Below, in pieces: positions 27,057-36,163 of a DNA stretch of 39,555 nucleotides; the stretch's first letter is position 1, and every line of letters starts with the position of its first letter. Origin of the DNA: Thermofilaceae archaeon. GTDB lineage: Archaea > Thermoproteota > Thermoprotei > Thermofilales > Thermofilaceae. The notes under the pieces were generated by a model. It had not been told where the DNA came from, searched no databases, and worked only from the letters and a program-made list of their open reading frames with translations. Position numbers and translations under genes: made by a program. Location of the stretch: positions 1 through 39,555 of the forward strand of contig JAVYWK010000018.1 of the NCBI GenBank assembly GCA_038727095.1, in the 5' to 3' direction.

Positions 27057-27461
27057 GTGGACAAGAATATCGAGGAGGGGCTGCGCTGGCTCGACCAAGC
27101 AGAAGCCGACCTCAAGACCGCTAAGGATTGCCTTACGGATGGCAACTACTACGCAGCAGCGTTCTTCGCGCAGCAAGCAGCTGAGAAAGCTCTCGAGGGT
27201 TTCCTCTACTCGAAGGGTTACAGAGCGCTGCTAACGCACTCGGTGCTGGACTTGGTGGGCGAGGCTTCAAAGCTTGAAAGCGGGTTTGGGAGGTTTGTGG
27301 ACTTCGCTAGGGAGCTGGATAGGCACTACATAGGCTCAAGGTACCCGAATTTCTACCCCTCTGGCGCCCCCTACAGGTACTATACGGCTGAGGTGGCTGA
27401 GAAGTGCGTGTACTACGCAGAATCGATCTTAGTAGAAGTGAGGAAGTTCTTGCAAAAGTAG
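27057..27461 (+). CDS. HEPN domain protein (COG2250-type)
   Basis: WLDQAEADL, AAFFAQQAAEKAL, THS, LDRHYIGSRYPN; TATA-like cttaaata ~27016-27023. Confidence 0.9.
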   Translation: MDKNIEEGLRWLDQAEADLKTAKDCLTDGNYYAAAFFAQQAAEKALEGFLYSKGYRALLTHSVLDLVGEASKLESGFGRFVDFARELDRHYIGSRYPNFYPSGAPYRYYTAEVAEKCVYYAESILVEVRKFLQK

Positions 27462-27772
27462 AGAGGTACAAGGAGGCTATCGTCAGGAGGTTGAAGCCGA
27501 AGAAGATCATCCTCTTCGGCTCTTTCGCTAGAGGCGACTACAGCGAAGCTTCTGACATCGACTTAATCGTCGTAGCGGACTGGAGCGAGCCGTTCCTCGA
27601 CAGGATCAAAGTGCTGCTAGAGCTGAACGATCAGATGCTGCCCGTAGAGCCCATCGGCTACACCGAAGAAGAGCTCAGGAGAATGATCGAGAATGGAAAC
27701 CCCTTCATACTGAAAGCCCTAGAAGAGGGCGTGGTAATCTACGAGGAAAGCCACCCTACCGAGAATGAGTAA
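27404..27772 (+). CDS. MNT antitoxin
   Basis: LFGSFARGDYSEASDID = GS-X10-DxD; YTEEEL...NPFI..ALEEG. Confidence 0.9.
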   Translation: MRVLRRIDLSRSEEVLAKVERYKEAIVRRLKPKKIILFGSFARGDYSEASDIDLIVVADWSEPFLDRIKVLLELNDQMLPVEPIGYTEEELRRMIENGNPFILKALEEGVVIYEESHPTENE

Positions 27773-28188
27773 GCCGGACAAGCACAGAGCCCTCGGCCCC
27801 GCGGGCTTGGTGAAAAACAGAGAATGAGAGTTAAACAGAGCATGGTCTTTAAGACTACGCTTACAGAGTTACCCCTAAGGCAGGGCCCAGAACCCCCGGC
27901 AGAAAAGAGCTGAAAGAAGCTCTCTAAGCGTGCAAAGCCCTAGCCTCAAGCATGAATAAAATGGCAGTCAAAACCATCAACCAGTACGTTCTCACGCTAG
28001 AAGCCAAACGCTTTAAACTAAAGTCGAGGGGAGAACACATCTGGCCAAAAAGCTAGCCTCTAAAAATCGTTGCAGCTGCTTTCCCGAACCCTTGCCCCCA
28101 ATTTCCTGTGGCACCCTTTTCCCGAATAGAAGGCAGTACTCATGGAAAAGGGTTATATTAGAGCCGCTTCTACAGCTGCTGAGCCTTC

Positions 28189-29379
28189 GTGGTCGTGCTG
28201 CCGCCTTTAAACCGCAACTTGAAGCTCCTCCTAGCTGAGGGCGCTGTTAGCGCGCTTGCTAACGGTCTCTTGATACCGGTACTCGCCCCCTACATGCTCC
28301 ACCTAGGCCTTAAAGGGAGTGATGTAGGCTTGCTTAGCGGTGTAATGGGCTTCTCGACAGCACTGTCCCTCGTGCCAGCCGCTTACCTTGCTGACGCGAA
28401 GGGCCGGAAGCCTCTAGCGCTTGCTGCTGCTTCGGCTAGCCCCCTTTCCCTTCTCCTACTCCTGGCTGGCAGCTCAGCGGCGCTTGCCACAACATACGCT
28501 CTCTTCGGCTTTCTTAACGCTGCCATCAGTGTTTCTCTTGGCCCTCTCTTCGCCGACTCTGTTGAGAGGGATAAGCACATGGATGCTGTATTCTCGATGT
28601 CTCAGGTTCTCTTGCTTGTATTCTCTTCTATAGGAGCTGCGCTCACCTGGCCCTTCCTGAGCTTGAGCGAGTATCTAGGCGGCCTGGTAGGCGCTTACAG
28701 GGCAACCATCGTATTCTCCTCAATTCTCTACGCTGTGTGCATCCCTTTGCTCTACGGCGTGAAGGAGACGAGAAGGAAGAGGGTAGAAGGTTTTAGCTTG
28801 AAAGTCTCGTGTGCAGCTCTTAAGCTGGCGGGGTTGAGCGCTTTGATGGCTTTTGGTGCGGGTGTTGGTGTCTGGAACATCAACTACTGGTTCTCGCGCA
28901 AGTACGGTGTTGAGGCGGGTGAGCTGGGAGCGCTGAGCATAGCAGGGAACTTGATGATGGCTACCGCCACCGCGCTAGCGCCGGTGGTATCCTCCAAGCT
29001 GGGGACAGTGGCCGCTGTAGTGCTGCTACAGCTCTCATCCATACCCCTGCTGTTAGCGGTAGCTCTATCCGCGGGCTTTTTCTACGCTGCAGCTATCTAC
29101 ACGCTTAGAAGCGCGATCATAAACGCTACTAACCCTCTGGTTTCGTCGCTGCAGATGCGCCTAGTGAAGCCCGAAGAGAGAGCGAGGATGAGCATGCTGA
29201 ACACGCTTGCCTGGCAGGTTGCTGGAGCTGCTGGCACAGTGCTCGGCGGCCACCTCATGGATTTGTGGCTCGACCTACCCATCTACCTCGCCTGCCTCAT
29301 CTACCTCACCCAAACAATAATCTTCTACGCCGCGCTGAGGTCGTACGGAGGTCGAGAAGGGAATTCAGCTCGGGATTGA
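28189..29379 (+). CDS. Major facilitator superfamily transporter
   Basis: About 12 TM helices; motif A (AYLADAKGRK) and its repeat (VSSKLG); PEERA. Confidence 0.88.
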   Translation: MVVLPPLNRNLKLLLAEGAVSALANGLLIPVLAPYMLHLGLKGSDVGLLSGVMGFSTALSLVPAAYLADAKGRKPLALAAASASPLSLLLLLAGSSAALATTYALFGFLNAAISVSLGPLFADSVERDKHMDAVFSMSQVLLLVFSSIGAALTWPFLSLSEYLGGLVGAYRATIVFSSILYAVCIPLLYGVKETRRKRVEGFSLKVSCAALKLAGLSALMAFGAGVGVWNINYWFSRKYGVEAGELGALSIAGNLMMATATALAPVVSSKLGTVAAVVLLQLSSIPLLLAVALSAGFFYAAAIYTLRSAIINATNPLVSSLQMRLVKPEERARMSMLNTLAWQVAGAAGTVLGGHLMDLWLDLPIYLACLIYLTQTIIFYAALRSYGGREGNSARD

Positions 29380-29492
29380 ACCCCTTTAACGCTAGGAGCG
29401 GGAAAAGCTGCGCCACCTCGGCGGCAGTTTCGGTAGAGAGGGCTTAGGGCGAGCGGACGGCTTCAAAAGGCTAGTGTCAGCGTGCTGCTGCG

Positions 29493-29903
29493 CTAGAGAT
29501 CCCTCCACGACGCGACCTCTACGTACTTAGCAGCAACTCTCCTCAGCTTCTCATCCTCTGTTATAAGTGGCACTCCGAAGGCGATGCTAGCCGCCAGATA
29601 GCTAGCATCGTAGAAAGTGATACCGTTGTCCACGGCTAGGTTTAGAATAGCAGAGTACCCTAGATCCCTCCACCCCACCTTGATAACGCCTTTCACCAGG
29701 AGGAGCTTACCTATAGCCAGAGCGGTGCGCTCTACTTCCTCTCGGCTGGCAACCCCCCTCACTACCTGCTTCCACAAAGCATTGCCAATCTCGTAGAAGG
29801 CTAAGTCTAAAGTCGCAAGGCCGTCGAGCTTGCCCAGCAGGGCCTCCTCCTCAACGTTCTTGATCATCAGCAGTAGAGAGCTTGCGTCGACGATTGCCTT
29901 CAC
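29493..29903 (-). CDS. vapC: PIN-domain (VapC) toxin, intact
   Basis: IVDASS, YEIGNALW, ITFYDASY and LITEDEKL: acidic tetrad present. Confidence 0.9.
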   Translation of the reverse strand: MKAIVDASSLLLMIKNVEEEALLGKLDGLATLDLAFYEIGNALWKQVVRGVASREEVERTALAIGKLLLVKGVIKVGWRDLGYSAILNLAVDNGITFYDASYLAASIAFGVPLITEDEKLRRVAAKYVEVASWRDL

Positions 29904-30124
29904 CGCTCCTCCCTGGAAGCCCTAACTGCCTGGATAATCTCCTCGTCGCTGAGCTTTGAAAGCGCTCTCCTAGCCTCAGCTAGCGATTTAACCAGAAGCT
30001 CCCGCTCCCTTCTCTCAACTTCCTCCTCAAGAGCTCTTCTAACCACTTCGCTCACGTTTATGTTCAGCTCTTTCACCTTCCTCTTAAGCTCTCTGCTCAG
30101 CCTCACGGTTATGATCTCCGTCAT
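29900..30124 (-). CDS. vapB: RHH (CcdA/VapB-like) antitoxin (preferred start ATG 30124)
   Basis: MTEIITVRLSRELK...INVSEVVRRALEEEV; 4-nt overlap with vapC; TATA (tatataa ~30150-30156) 26 nt upstream. Confidence 0.85.
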   Translation of the reverse strand: MTEIITVRLSRELKRKVKELNINVSEVVRRALEEEVERRERELLVKSLAEARRALSKLSDEEIIQAVRASREER

Positions 30125-30289
30125 TACATTAAACGTAATACGCATACCGTATATAAGCTTTAGCAGCTGCGCTTCAGCGGAAGCTGGCTCTAAGCTGTTC
30201 GGCGCTGAACTCGAACAGCCGCGCTCCCGGCTGAGACCCCGACGCTACCCTGTTCTCCACCACCTAGTGCATGGTGCAGACTGCGCGAG

Positions 30290-30431
30290 CGCCGAAAGCT
30301 CTCCCCTCCCAACCTCGAAAAGACACACCCCTCAGTGTCTCCACGATGCGCTTCTTCCCCTTGAAGAGGCGGCCCCCTTCACGCGTCTCAAACCTCTTCA
30401 CAAGCCCTTTCGCGACAATCGCGCTCTGCAA
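30290..30431 (-). pseudogene. N-terminal fragment of an ABC transporter ATP-binding protein (not in ORF track)
   Basis: From TTG 30431: QSAIVAKGLVKRFETREGGRLFKGKKRIVETLRGVSF, then a frameshift to EVGRGEL; breaks off before Walker A. Confidence 0.7.
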
Positions 30432-30469
30432 ACGCTGGCGCGCTCGCCCTCCCAGCGGTCCGCGAGGCC

Positions 30470-30883
30470 CTAGCGCTGGTAGGGGTTAACCACCTCGATA
30501 CCACACCGGGAAGCTTGAGCTAGCAGCTGCTTGTCGAAAGTCAGAAGCGGGATCTTAAGCCTCCTAGCAGCAGCCAGGATCGCTTTATCATTATACCTCG
30601 CCAGCGAGATTCCCTCACCTTCAACCCTCGCCACGGCCCACCGAATATCTTGCTCAATCACAGGGGCTACGCGGAGCTTTTCATGTCTTAGCAGTCTTGA
30701 GATAAACTCTAACGTGCGCTCACGGCCCAGGAGCTCGTGCAGAGCTCAAACCACCTCGTGAAGCACGAGAGTAGGAGTCACCCATGCTGAAAACTCTTCA
30801 AGCAGCCTCCAGACCTCAGCGTGGTAGCTCGAGTTCTTCACAGCTCTATAGATGTAGACGTTACTGTCTACTACTACTTCCAT
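30470..30883 (-). pseudogene. vapC: PIN-domain (VapC) toxin interrupted by one in-frame TGA
   Basis: ATG 30883: MEVVVDSNVYIY...TLVLHEVV*ALHELLG...RYNDKAILAAA...LLTFDKQL; TGA at 30748-30746 where Trp (TGG) is plausible; both halves share a frame. Confidence 0.88.
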
Positions 30884-31115
30884 CGAGCACACCCAGTTGG
30901 CGTAGCGGCCCCCGGCAGATCGCCTCCTCTATATCCTTCTCCGCGACAAACCTCTCAAGCTCGAAAGCCGGCAAATTTTTCTCAACTTTCTCGATAACTA
31001 TCCTTCCTTCAGCGACGGTAACTCTCAACAAGTCACCAACTCTGATCCCCAGCTCCCTCCTCACCTCAGCCGGTAGCGTCACCTGATAGCTCCTAGTTAC
31101 CTTCACGATAGGCAT
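30861..31115 (-). CDS. vapB: AbrB-fold antitoxin (preferred start ATG 31115)
   Basis: MPIVKVTRSYQVTLPAEVRRELGIRVGD; AT-rich promoter at ~31136-31160; overlaps the PIN start. Confidence 0.85.
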   Translation of the reverse strand: MPIVKVTRSYQVTLPAEVRRELGIRVGDLLRVTVAEGRIVIEKVEKNLPAFELERFVAEKDIEEAICRGPLRQLGVLDGSSSRQ

Positions 31116-31224
31116 GCCTACTATACTTATTAGACTTTTTAATTTATTTATTTCTACTTTATCTCCAGTACCAGCCCACCCCCAAGTCCCAGCAGTGGCT
31201 AGCGCAAGTTTCAATGAAGCTAGT

Positions 31225-31566
31225 TTAGTGCATCGCGCTCACCCTGGAGTAGTTCCTCTCCTTTCCCGCGAAGACAGCTTTCGCCGCTAGGGCTGGGAAG
31301 CTGCGCACCACGTAGCGGTAAAGGTCACGGGTCGCCGTAGGGCTGGCGCGGTAGAGGAGGAGGGAGAGGAGCTTCGTAGCCTTCTCATCGGCCATGATCG
31401 CTCTCAGGGCGAAGCTCTGCAGAGCCGGCGAGCTGTACATGATCCTAGCCATGCGTAGCCCGTAGTCGATCCCTGGCCACAGCTCGGAGCGCCAGCTCTC
31501 CTCGTAGATCTTGAGCGCTGCAGGGTCCTCCTTGTCAAGCGCTTCCCTCACAGCTCTCGTGGCGAG
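31225..31566 (-). pseudogene. C-terminal fragment of a geranylgeranyl reductase-family flavoprotein
   Basis: ATRAVREAL..EDPAALKIYEESWRSEL...GLRMARIMY resembles the GGR C-terminal helix; no FAD-binding N-terminus upstream. Confidence 0.55.
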
Positions 31567-31617
31567 GAACATACAGAGATACGAGTCCTACAGGCGCTGG
31601 GGTACAGCGAGAGGCCT

Positions 31618-32097
31618 ATGGCAGTTCGGCTGGTGGACCGCCAGCCTGCCTATCAGGAACTGGCAGGACGAGTGGCACGCGAGAGGTTGGAGGCCGGTCT
31701 TCACATGTACGAGCACGGCCTCTGGGTCAGAATCTTCTGGTCTAGGTGCTGGGGCTGCGTCCAGCATTGTTATAAGACTGTGGTGGTTGTTGAGCCGGGG
31801 AAGCACGAGAGGCTAGTGAGCGAGCTGAAGGGGAAGGGCATTCCCATTACTAGGCGGATTGCAGCGGAGCTTTACCCGAAGACGTACGAGGTTCACTTCA
31901 CTGCTGTGGAGTATGAGCTAGCTTACACTTTAAGCAAGGGTGACCGCGAGTGGGTGAAGCGGCGGCTGGCCCACTTCGAAGACTGGCTCAAAGACCCTAA
32001 CCTACCGCAGGAGCTAGCACCCAGGTTTAAGTCCCTGAAGGAGAAGCTCCAAGGCATCTTCAGCAGCTGTCAATTGCGCTTCGACTTCTTCTCTTAA
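31618..32097 (+). CDS. Hypothetical protein, possibly 5'-truncated, with a CxxCxxxC cluster and a PIP-box-like C-terminus
   Basis: 159-aa ORF; CWGCVQHC; ends QLRFDFFS; no promoter-like AT tract upstream. Confidence 0.5.
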   Translation: MAVRLVDRQPAYQELAGRVARERLEAGLHMYEHGLWVRIFWSRCWGCVQHCYKTVVVVEPGKHERLVSELKGKGIPITRRIAAELYPKTYEVHFTAVEYELAYTLSKGDREWVKRRLAHFEDWLKDPNLPQELAPRFKSLKEKLQGIFSSCQLRFDFFS

Positions 32098-32473
32098 GAC
32101 TTTCTAGCTTACTGCAGCCGGCGTGGATGGTGAGCTTACTTCATTCAAGCCTCTCGACTACTCTGCAGCTTTAACTGTGATCCAGGTGCCGGTTCTCAAT
32201 TTTCCGTGGTACTCATTTTCCTACATGAAAATCGCTTCCCTCCGTGCTCAGGTGTTTGCACTACCTTTCAGACTTCTCCCTATCGAGTTTGAAAACGAGC
32301 TGGGTTTCAACCGGTTAAACCAGAGTTAAAAGGGTCGGTGAGCATCGAAAGGGAGAGAGTGCTGGCAAGGAGCTGAGGAGCGAGAATAAAGAGAACCGTT
32401 TCAGGCTAAACCCCACTGAAACTCGCGAAAATTGTATAAAAAGGTCTTTAAGTTTAGGGAAAGGGAGTGGGGA

Positions 32474-33868
32474 CTAGGCTGCGCGTTTTCTCCGGAGCAC
32501 TAACGCTAAGGCTATGATGACTATTACTACGACTAGTATTATGAGCCACGGGATTACCGAAACTATTAGAGCTTCCGGAGCCGGGCCCTCTTGGGTTTCT
32601 TCACTTTTTCTGCCTACTATTAAGCTTCCTGTTAGGCCGTTAACGTCGATAGTGTATGTCCCTTCGCTTGCTGGTGTATAGGAGAAGCTTACCGTCGTAG
32701 ACTTGCCCGCGTCTAGCGTGACAGTCTTAGTTTCAACAACCTGGTTGTTGACTTTCAGTGTGACATCGTACGTGCCGGGTTGCCCGCCAGTATTCTTAAC
32801 GTTGACAGAGATCATCGATGAGTCCCCCACTTTGATGGAGCTGGGGTTTATGCTCAAGTCGCTGACCTCGAACTTCGCCGGCGAGATTTTCGAAACAGTG
32901 ATAGTGAATGTTATGCCGTCGATCTCAACGGTGTACGTGCCCTCTGCGGCGAAGGACAGCGTGTGATTCAGGCTTTTTGTCTCACCAGGGTTCAGGACGA
33001 CTAGTGAGCTCTTCTCGACTTTTCCGTTTACAGTAATCGTCAGGTTGCGAGCGCCCATAGCATCGCCCGTGTTGGAGACTACGATGGTGATCTTGTCCTC
33101 CTCGTTTGGCGCTACTTGCTCCTTGTACTTCACGTCAGCGATCGTGATGTTCGGCCTCGGCTGGGGGCTCACCAGTTCGATCGTTAAGAGCTCGATGTCG
33201 AGCCACCTCTGGCGGTCAGAACTCTCAAGATACAGCTTAACCACTATGTTGCCGAAGCTCGTGGGAGCGAACCAGTACTCAGCAACCCTCCTAAACGGTT
33301 CGGGCGCACTAGAGTATCCTTCCCACCTCCACTTGTAGACAAGAAGCTGAGTGGGCCCCACCGTCCTGAGCTCAAACCCGAGAAAAGTAACTCTTCCGTA
33401 GCCGCCCTCCGCAAGGTTGTACAACACGGCAAACTCCCAAGTCCTAGTGTGCGTACCGATATAGGTCATCCAGATAACCAGCAGCTGGCTCCAGAACAGC
33501 TCAGCAACCGCCCCCGTGTGGACCTCCCCTTTAAGCTCTACCTGCAAGCACTTACCAGTGGACTTCGAGACCCATAGGGTTGCGACCGTCGCTTCTTTGC
33601 CCTTCGGGTAAATTTCGAGCTTAACCTTCCACGTAGCCTCTCCTTGTACAGTCTCCTCTCCGAGAACTTGGAAACCCATCTCTCCAGAATTCCCATCGCT
33701 GTCTGCGTAGCGGTACCTGATCTGCTTGACGTTATTCAGCAGGATCGCTATGCTTTCATACTCCGTTTGCGCGTAAACTTGAGGGCTCCAGCCTAACGAT
33801 AGTGCTACTAGAAGAGCAAGGCAGAATGCAACCACCCTCCTCGTTTTTAAACTATAAATTTCTTTCAT
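32474..33868 (-). CDS. Cell-surface protein with two CARDB/Ig-like domains and a C-terminal TM anchor
   Basis: Signal peptide ending VYA-Q; two repeats V.NTG...L.VN...L..G....EGTYT; TM + RRKR; TATA (tatataa 33898-33904). Confidence 0.85.
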   Translation of the reverse strand: MKEIYSLKTRRVVAFCLALLVALSLGWSPQVYAQTEYESIAILLNNVKQIRYRYADSDGNSGEMGFQVLGEETVQGEATWKVKLEIYPKGKEATVATLWVSKSTGKCLQVELKGEVHTGAVAELFWSQLLVIWMTYIGTHTRTWEFAVLYNLAEGGYGRVTFLGFELRTVGPTQLLVYKWRWEGYSSAPEPFRRVAEYWFAPTSFGNIVVKLYLESSDRQRWLDIELLTIELVSPQPRPNITIADVKYKEQVAPNEEDKITIVVSNTGDAMGARNLTITVNGKVEKSSLVVLNPGETKSLNHTLSFAAEGTYTVEIDGITFTITVSKISPAKFEVSDLSINPSSIKVGDSSMISVNVKNTGGQPGTYDVTLKVNNQVVETKTVTLDAGKSTTVSFSYTPASEGTYTIDVNGLTGSLIVGRKSEETQEGPAPEALIVSVIPWLIILVVVIVIIALALVLRRKRAA

Positions 33869-34303
33869 TAGATTTCGGTAAATGGAAGCGTTCAGACTAT
33901 ATAAGGAATTCGTTTTAGATAAAAATCTTCTACATTAAGAATGTCGAAGAACTCTTTAGTTGAAGGCTTTCTTCAAGTAACCTATGGGAAGAGTGAGGAG
34001 GATTTCTTACCTCGGTACTCTAGGCTTAGCTTAACAGCTGAAGACGCATAGCAAGCGGACTTGAAGGAGTTAAAGCACGGGAAGCTCCCTCCTCAGAGCT
34101 AGGCGCCCACGCCTGGATACGGCTCTACCATCCCTTGAAGCTGAGCCAGTTAGCTCTCCCCAAGCTAGAAGGCGTGAGAGAATAGATAAAAGAAGAGTAG
34201 AACAGCTCTGACTCATCATGTGCTCTACGGCTTCGGGAACGTAATTTGAGCCGATAGCTACAGATAGGCTTAGCGAGCACCGCTACCCTCCAATCCTTTA
34301 GCG

Positions 34304-34708
34304 CTAAAGAGTTTCCGGCTTAATGCGCGTTAGCCCAGGCACATTTTCACAGGCTTTGTCGAAAGAAATTATTTTTTTACCATCTAGGTTCAACGCGGTC
34401 GCGGCATAATGCGAGTCAAAGAAAGACAGGTTGAGCGTCTGCTCCAAGTACACGCTCGTAAGCGCTACGTCAGGTGTTAGTGCCACGTACTCCACGCTCG
34501 GTAGTGCAGCGAGAGCAGCTAAGCCCTTCAGGAGCCTACCCTCCCTCTTCTCGCTCCTACAGATGGGTTCCACTCGAGTGGACTGATGCTTGAATCTTTA
34601 CGCGGAGCTCACCCCTCCTGAGTTTCTCGAATACCTCTCGGCAATTTCGTGGTTTGGGTCGTACTCGCTCAAGTATGCGAAGATTGCGTCGTTCTCCAGC
34701 AGGGGCAT
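34304..34708 (-). pseudogene. vapC: Multiply frameshifted PIN-domain toxin
   Basis: ATG 34708 MPLLENDAIFAYLSEYDPNHEIAER / FEKLRRGELRV / ...LSFFDSHYAATA...IISFDK, spread over several frames. Confidence 0.8.
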
Positions 34709-34714
34709 GAAGTA

Positions 34715-34946
34715 TCATCTCCGTGCCTCCTTTTCAGCGTTGAGCTCGGCTTGCTTTCTCAGTTCTTTAAACGGCCTCATTGGTGTTGAACGCGACGTGG
34801 AGCGCTTTAAACGGGTCTGAGGGTATGGGGACTACTTTGAGATGATCCCCGGTTATGACCAGTACTTTCTTTTCAATGCCGAGGGACGCACTAACCCGCT
34901 TCGGGATCGTCAACAGACCCTTGCTGTCGAGCTCCAGTATGCTCAT
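34715..34946 (-). pseudogene. vapB: Frameshifted AbrB-fold antitoxin (not in ORF track)
   Basis: ATG 34946 MSILELDSKGLLTIPKRV..SLGI...DPFKAL, premature TAA at ~34769-34767; the natural tail PFKELRKQAE...EARR* continues in another frame to TGA 34717-34715. Confidence 0.8.
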
Positions 34947-35232
34947 CCCACCTTGATAACATTACATTAGAACTTAATTAAAGCGTGTGAGATTTAAACT
35001 TTTATCGCTTTTTTCAGTGAGCAGAACCTAAGCTTTAGCCTTTTTGCCTAAAGGTGGAAGCAGGGGGTTAGGGACTTGTTTATAGAAACGATGAACGCAG
35101 TACTTCGAGGGCGACTGGGCTCTGCACCGGAGTTACGGTAGGGCTGGAAGTGCTGGTGAGGGGTATGCGGGATAGTCTTATAGATGTGAGCACCGCTAGC
35201 ATTAAGCCTACCTTGCCGCAGGGTTGGCGTCG

Positions 35233-35661
35233 ATGCCTGAGGTTGACGTGAAGAGGGTTGAAAGGCTGCTCGCCGAGATCGAAGAGTCCCTGAGCGTTAT
35301 TAGCGAGGCTCTGAGCGGGAGCATGGACGAGTTTCTCTCTGATATCAGGTCTGTTTACGCGGTGAGGTACGCCATCGTAAAGACCGTCGAAGCAGCCGTC
35401 CTGGTTGGTATCCACATACTCGAATCGAAGTACGGCGCAGCCGTAGAGACGTACTCGGAGGTTTTCGAGGAGCTAGGCAGGAGGGGGGTGGTGTCTAGAG
35501 ATGTTAGCGAGGGTTTAAGGAGGCTCGTCGGCTTGAGGAACATCCTCGTCCATCGATACTGGAGCGTGGATGACGCCAGAATTTATAAAGAGGCGAAGGA
35601 GGGCGGTATAAACGTTGTGAGGAAGTTTGTCAATGAGGTTAAGAGGTGTATTGCAGGTTAA
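35233..35661 (+). CDS. hepT: HepT-like RNase toxin (DUF86 HEPN)
   Basis: LRNILVHRYW = R-X4-H-X-Y; ETYSEVFEEL; ATG 35233 (ORF track start 35224). Confidence 0.88.
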   Translation: MPEVDVKRVERLLAEIEESLSVISEALSGSMDEFLSDIRSVYAVRYAIVKTVEAAVLVGIHILESKYGAAVETYSEVFEELGRRGVVSRDVSEGLRRLVGLRNILVHRYWSVDDARIYKEAKEGGINVVRKFVNEVKRCIAG

Positions 35662-36046
35662 GGCCCGCAGCATGCCCATGGAGGAGCGCGAAGCCGTGAT
35701 AAAGCTGGTAAGCAGGGCTCTAGAGGAAAGAAAAGAGATAGTCTTCGCAGTAGTCTTCGGGGGTTTCCTCGAGAGGCCTGTCTTTCGAGACCTAGACGTG
35801 GGAGTCTACCTTGGGGGCTTCCGAGGAGATGCTATCGACGCCGCAGTTTACGCCGAGGGTCTGTCGGTGGAGCTGACGAAACGGGCGGGCGTACCCGTCG
35901 ACGTAGTGGTGCTGAATTACGCCCCGATGTGGTTAAGGCTCAGAGCGTTGAAAGGAAGGGTTATCGTAGATAAGGACCCGCTGCTTAGGCTCGCGTTAAA
36001 GCTAGCTGCAATAGACAACACCATAGCATCCTGGAAAGCACCTTGA
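35627..36046 (+). CDS. MNT-like antitoxin with an atypical GG-X8-DxD motif
   Basis: VFGGFLERPVFRDLDV, VDVVVLNYAP; overlaps the HepT stop; start may be TTG 35651. Confidence 0.8.
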   Translation: MSMRLRGVLQVKARSMPMEEREAVIKLVSRALEERKEIVFAVVFGGFLERPVFRDLDVGVYLGGFRGDAIDAAVYAEGLSVELTKRAGVPVDVVVLNYAPMWLRLRALKGRVIVDKDPLLRLALKLAAIDNTIASWKAP

Positions 36047-36163
36047 AGCCGCCCAATCGTGAAGGAGGCGCATCGCGCCCCCTCCAATGACGCAGCCCAT
36101 AGTCCGGATCGGATTTAAGCGGTGATATTTTTAGGGTGCCGCCTGAAGTGGATCACAGGATGC

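Noticed and set aside
27773-28188. Small ORFs or ncRNA in an A-rich intergenic gap
   Set aside because: Only short ORFs without motifs and no convincing structure.
30290-30431. The missing ATPase of the FtsX cluster
   Set aside because: It is a short frameshifted fragment without Walker A, lies 10 kb away, and looks more like an ABC-2 exporter ATPase.
33870-34300. Unassigned intergenic sequence
   Set aside because: No ORF of 60 aa or more, and no repeats or recognisable relic that I can support.
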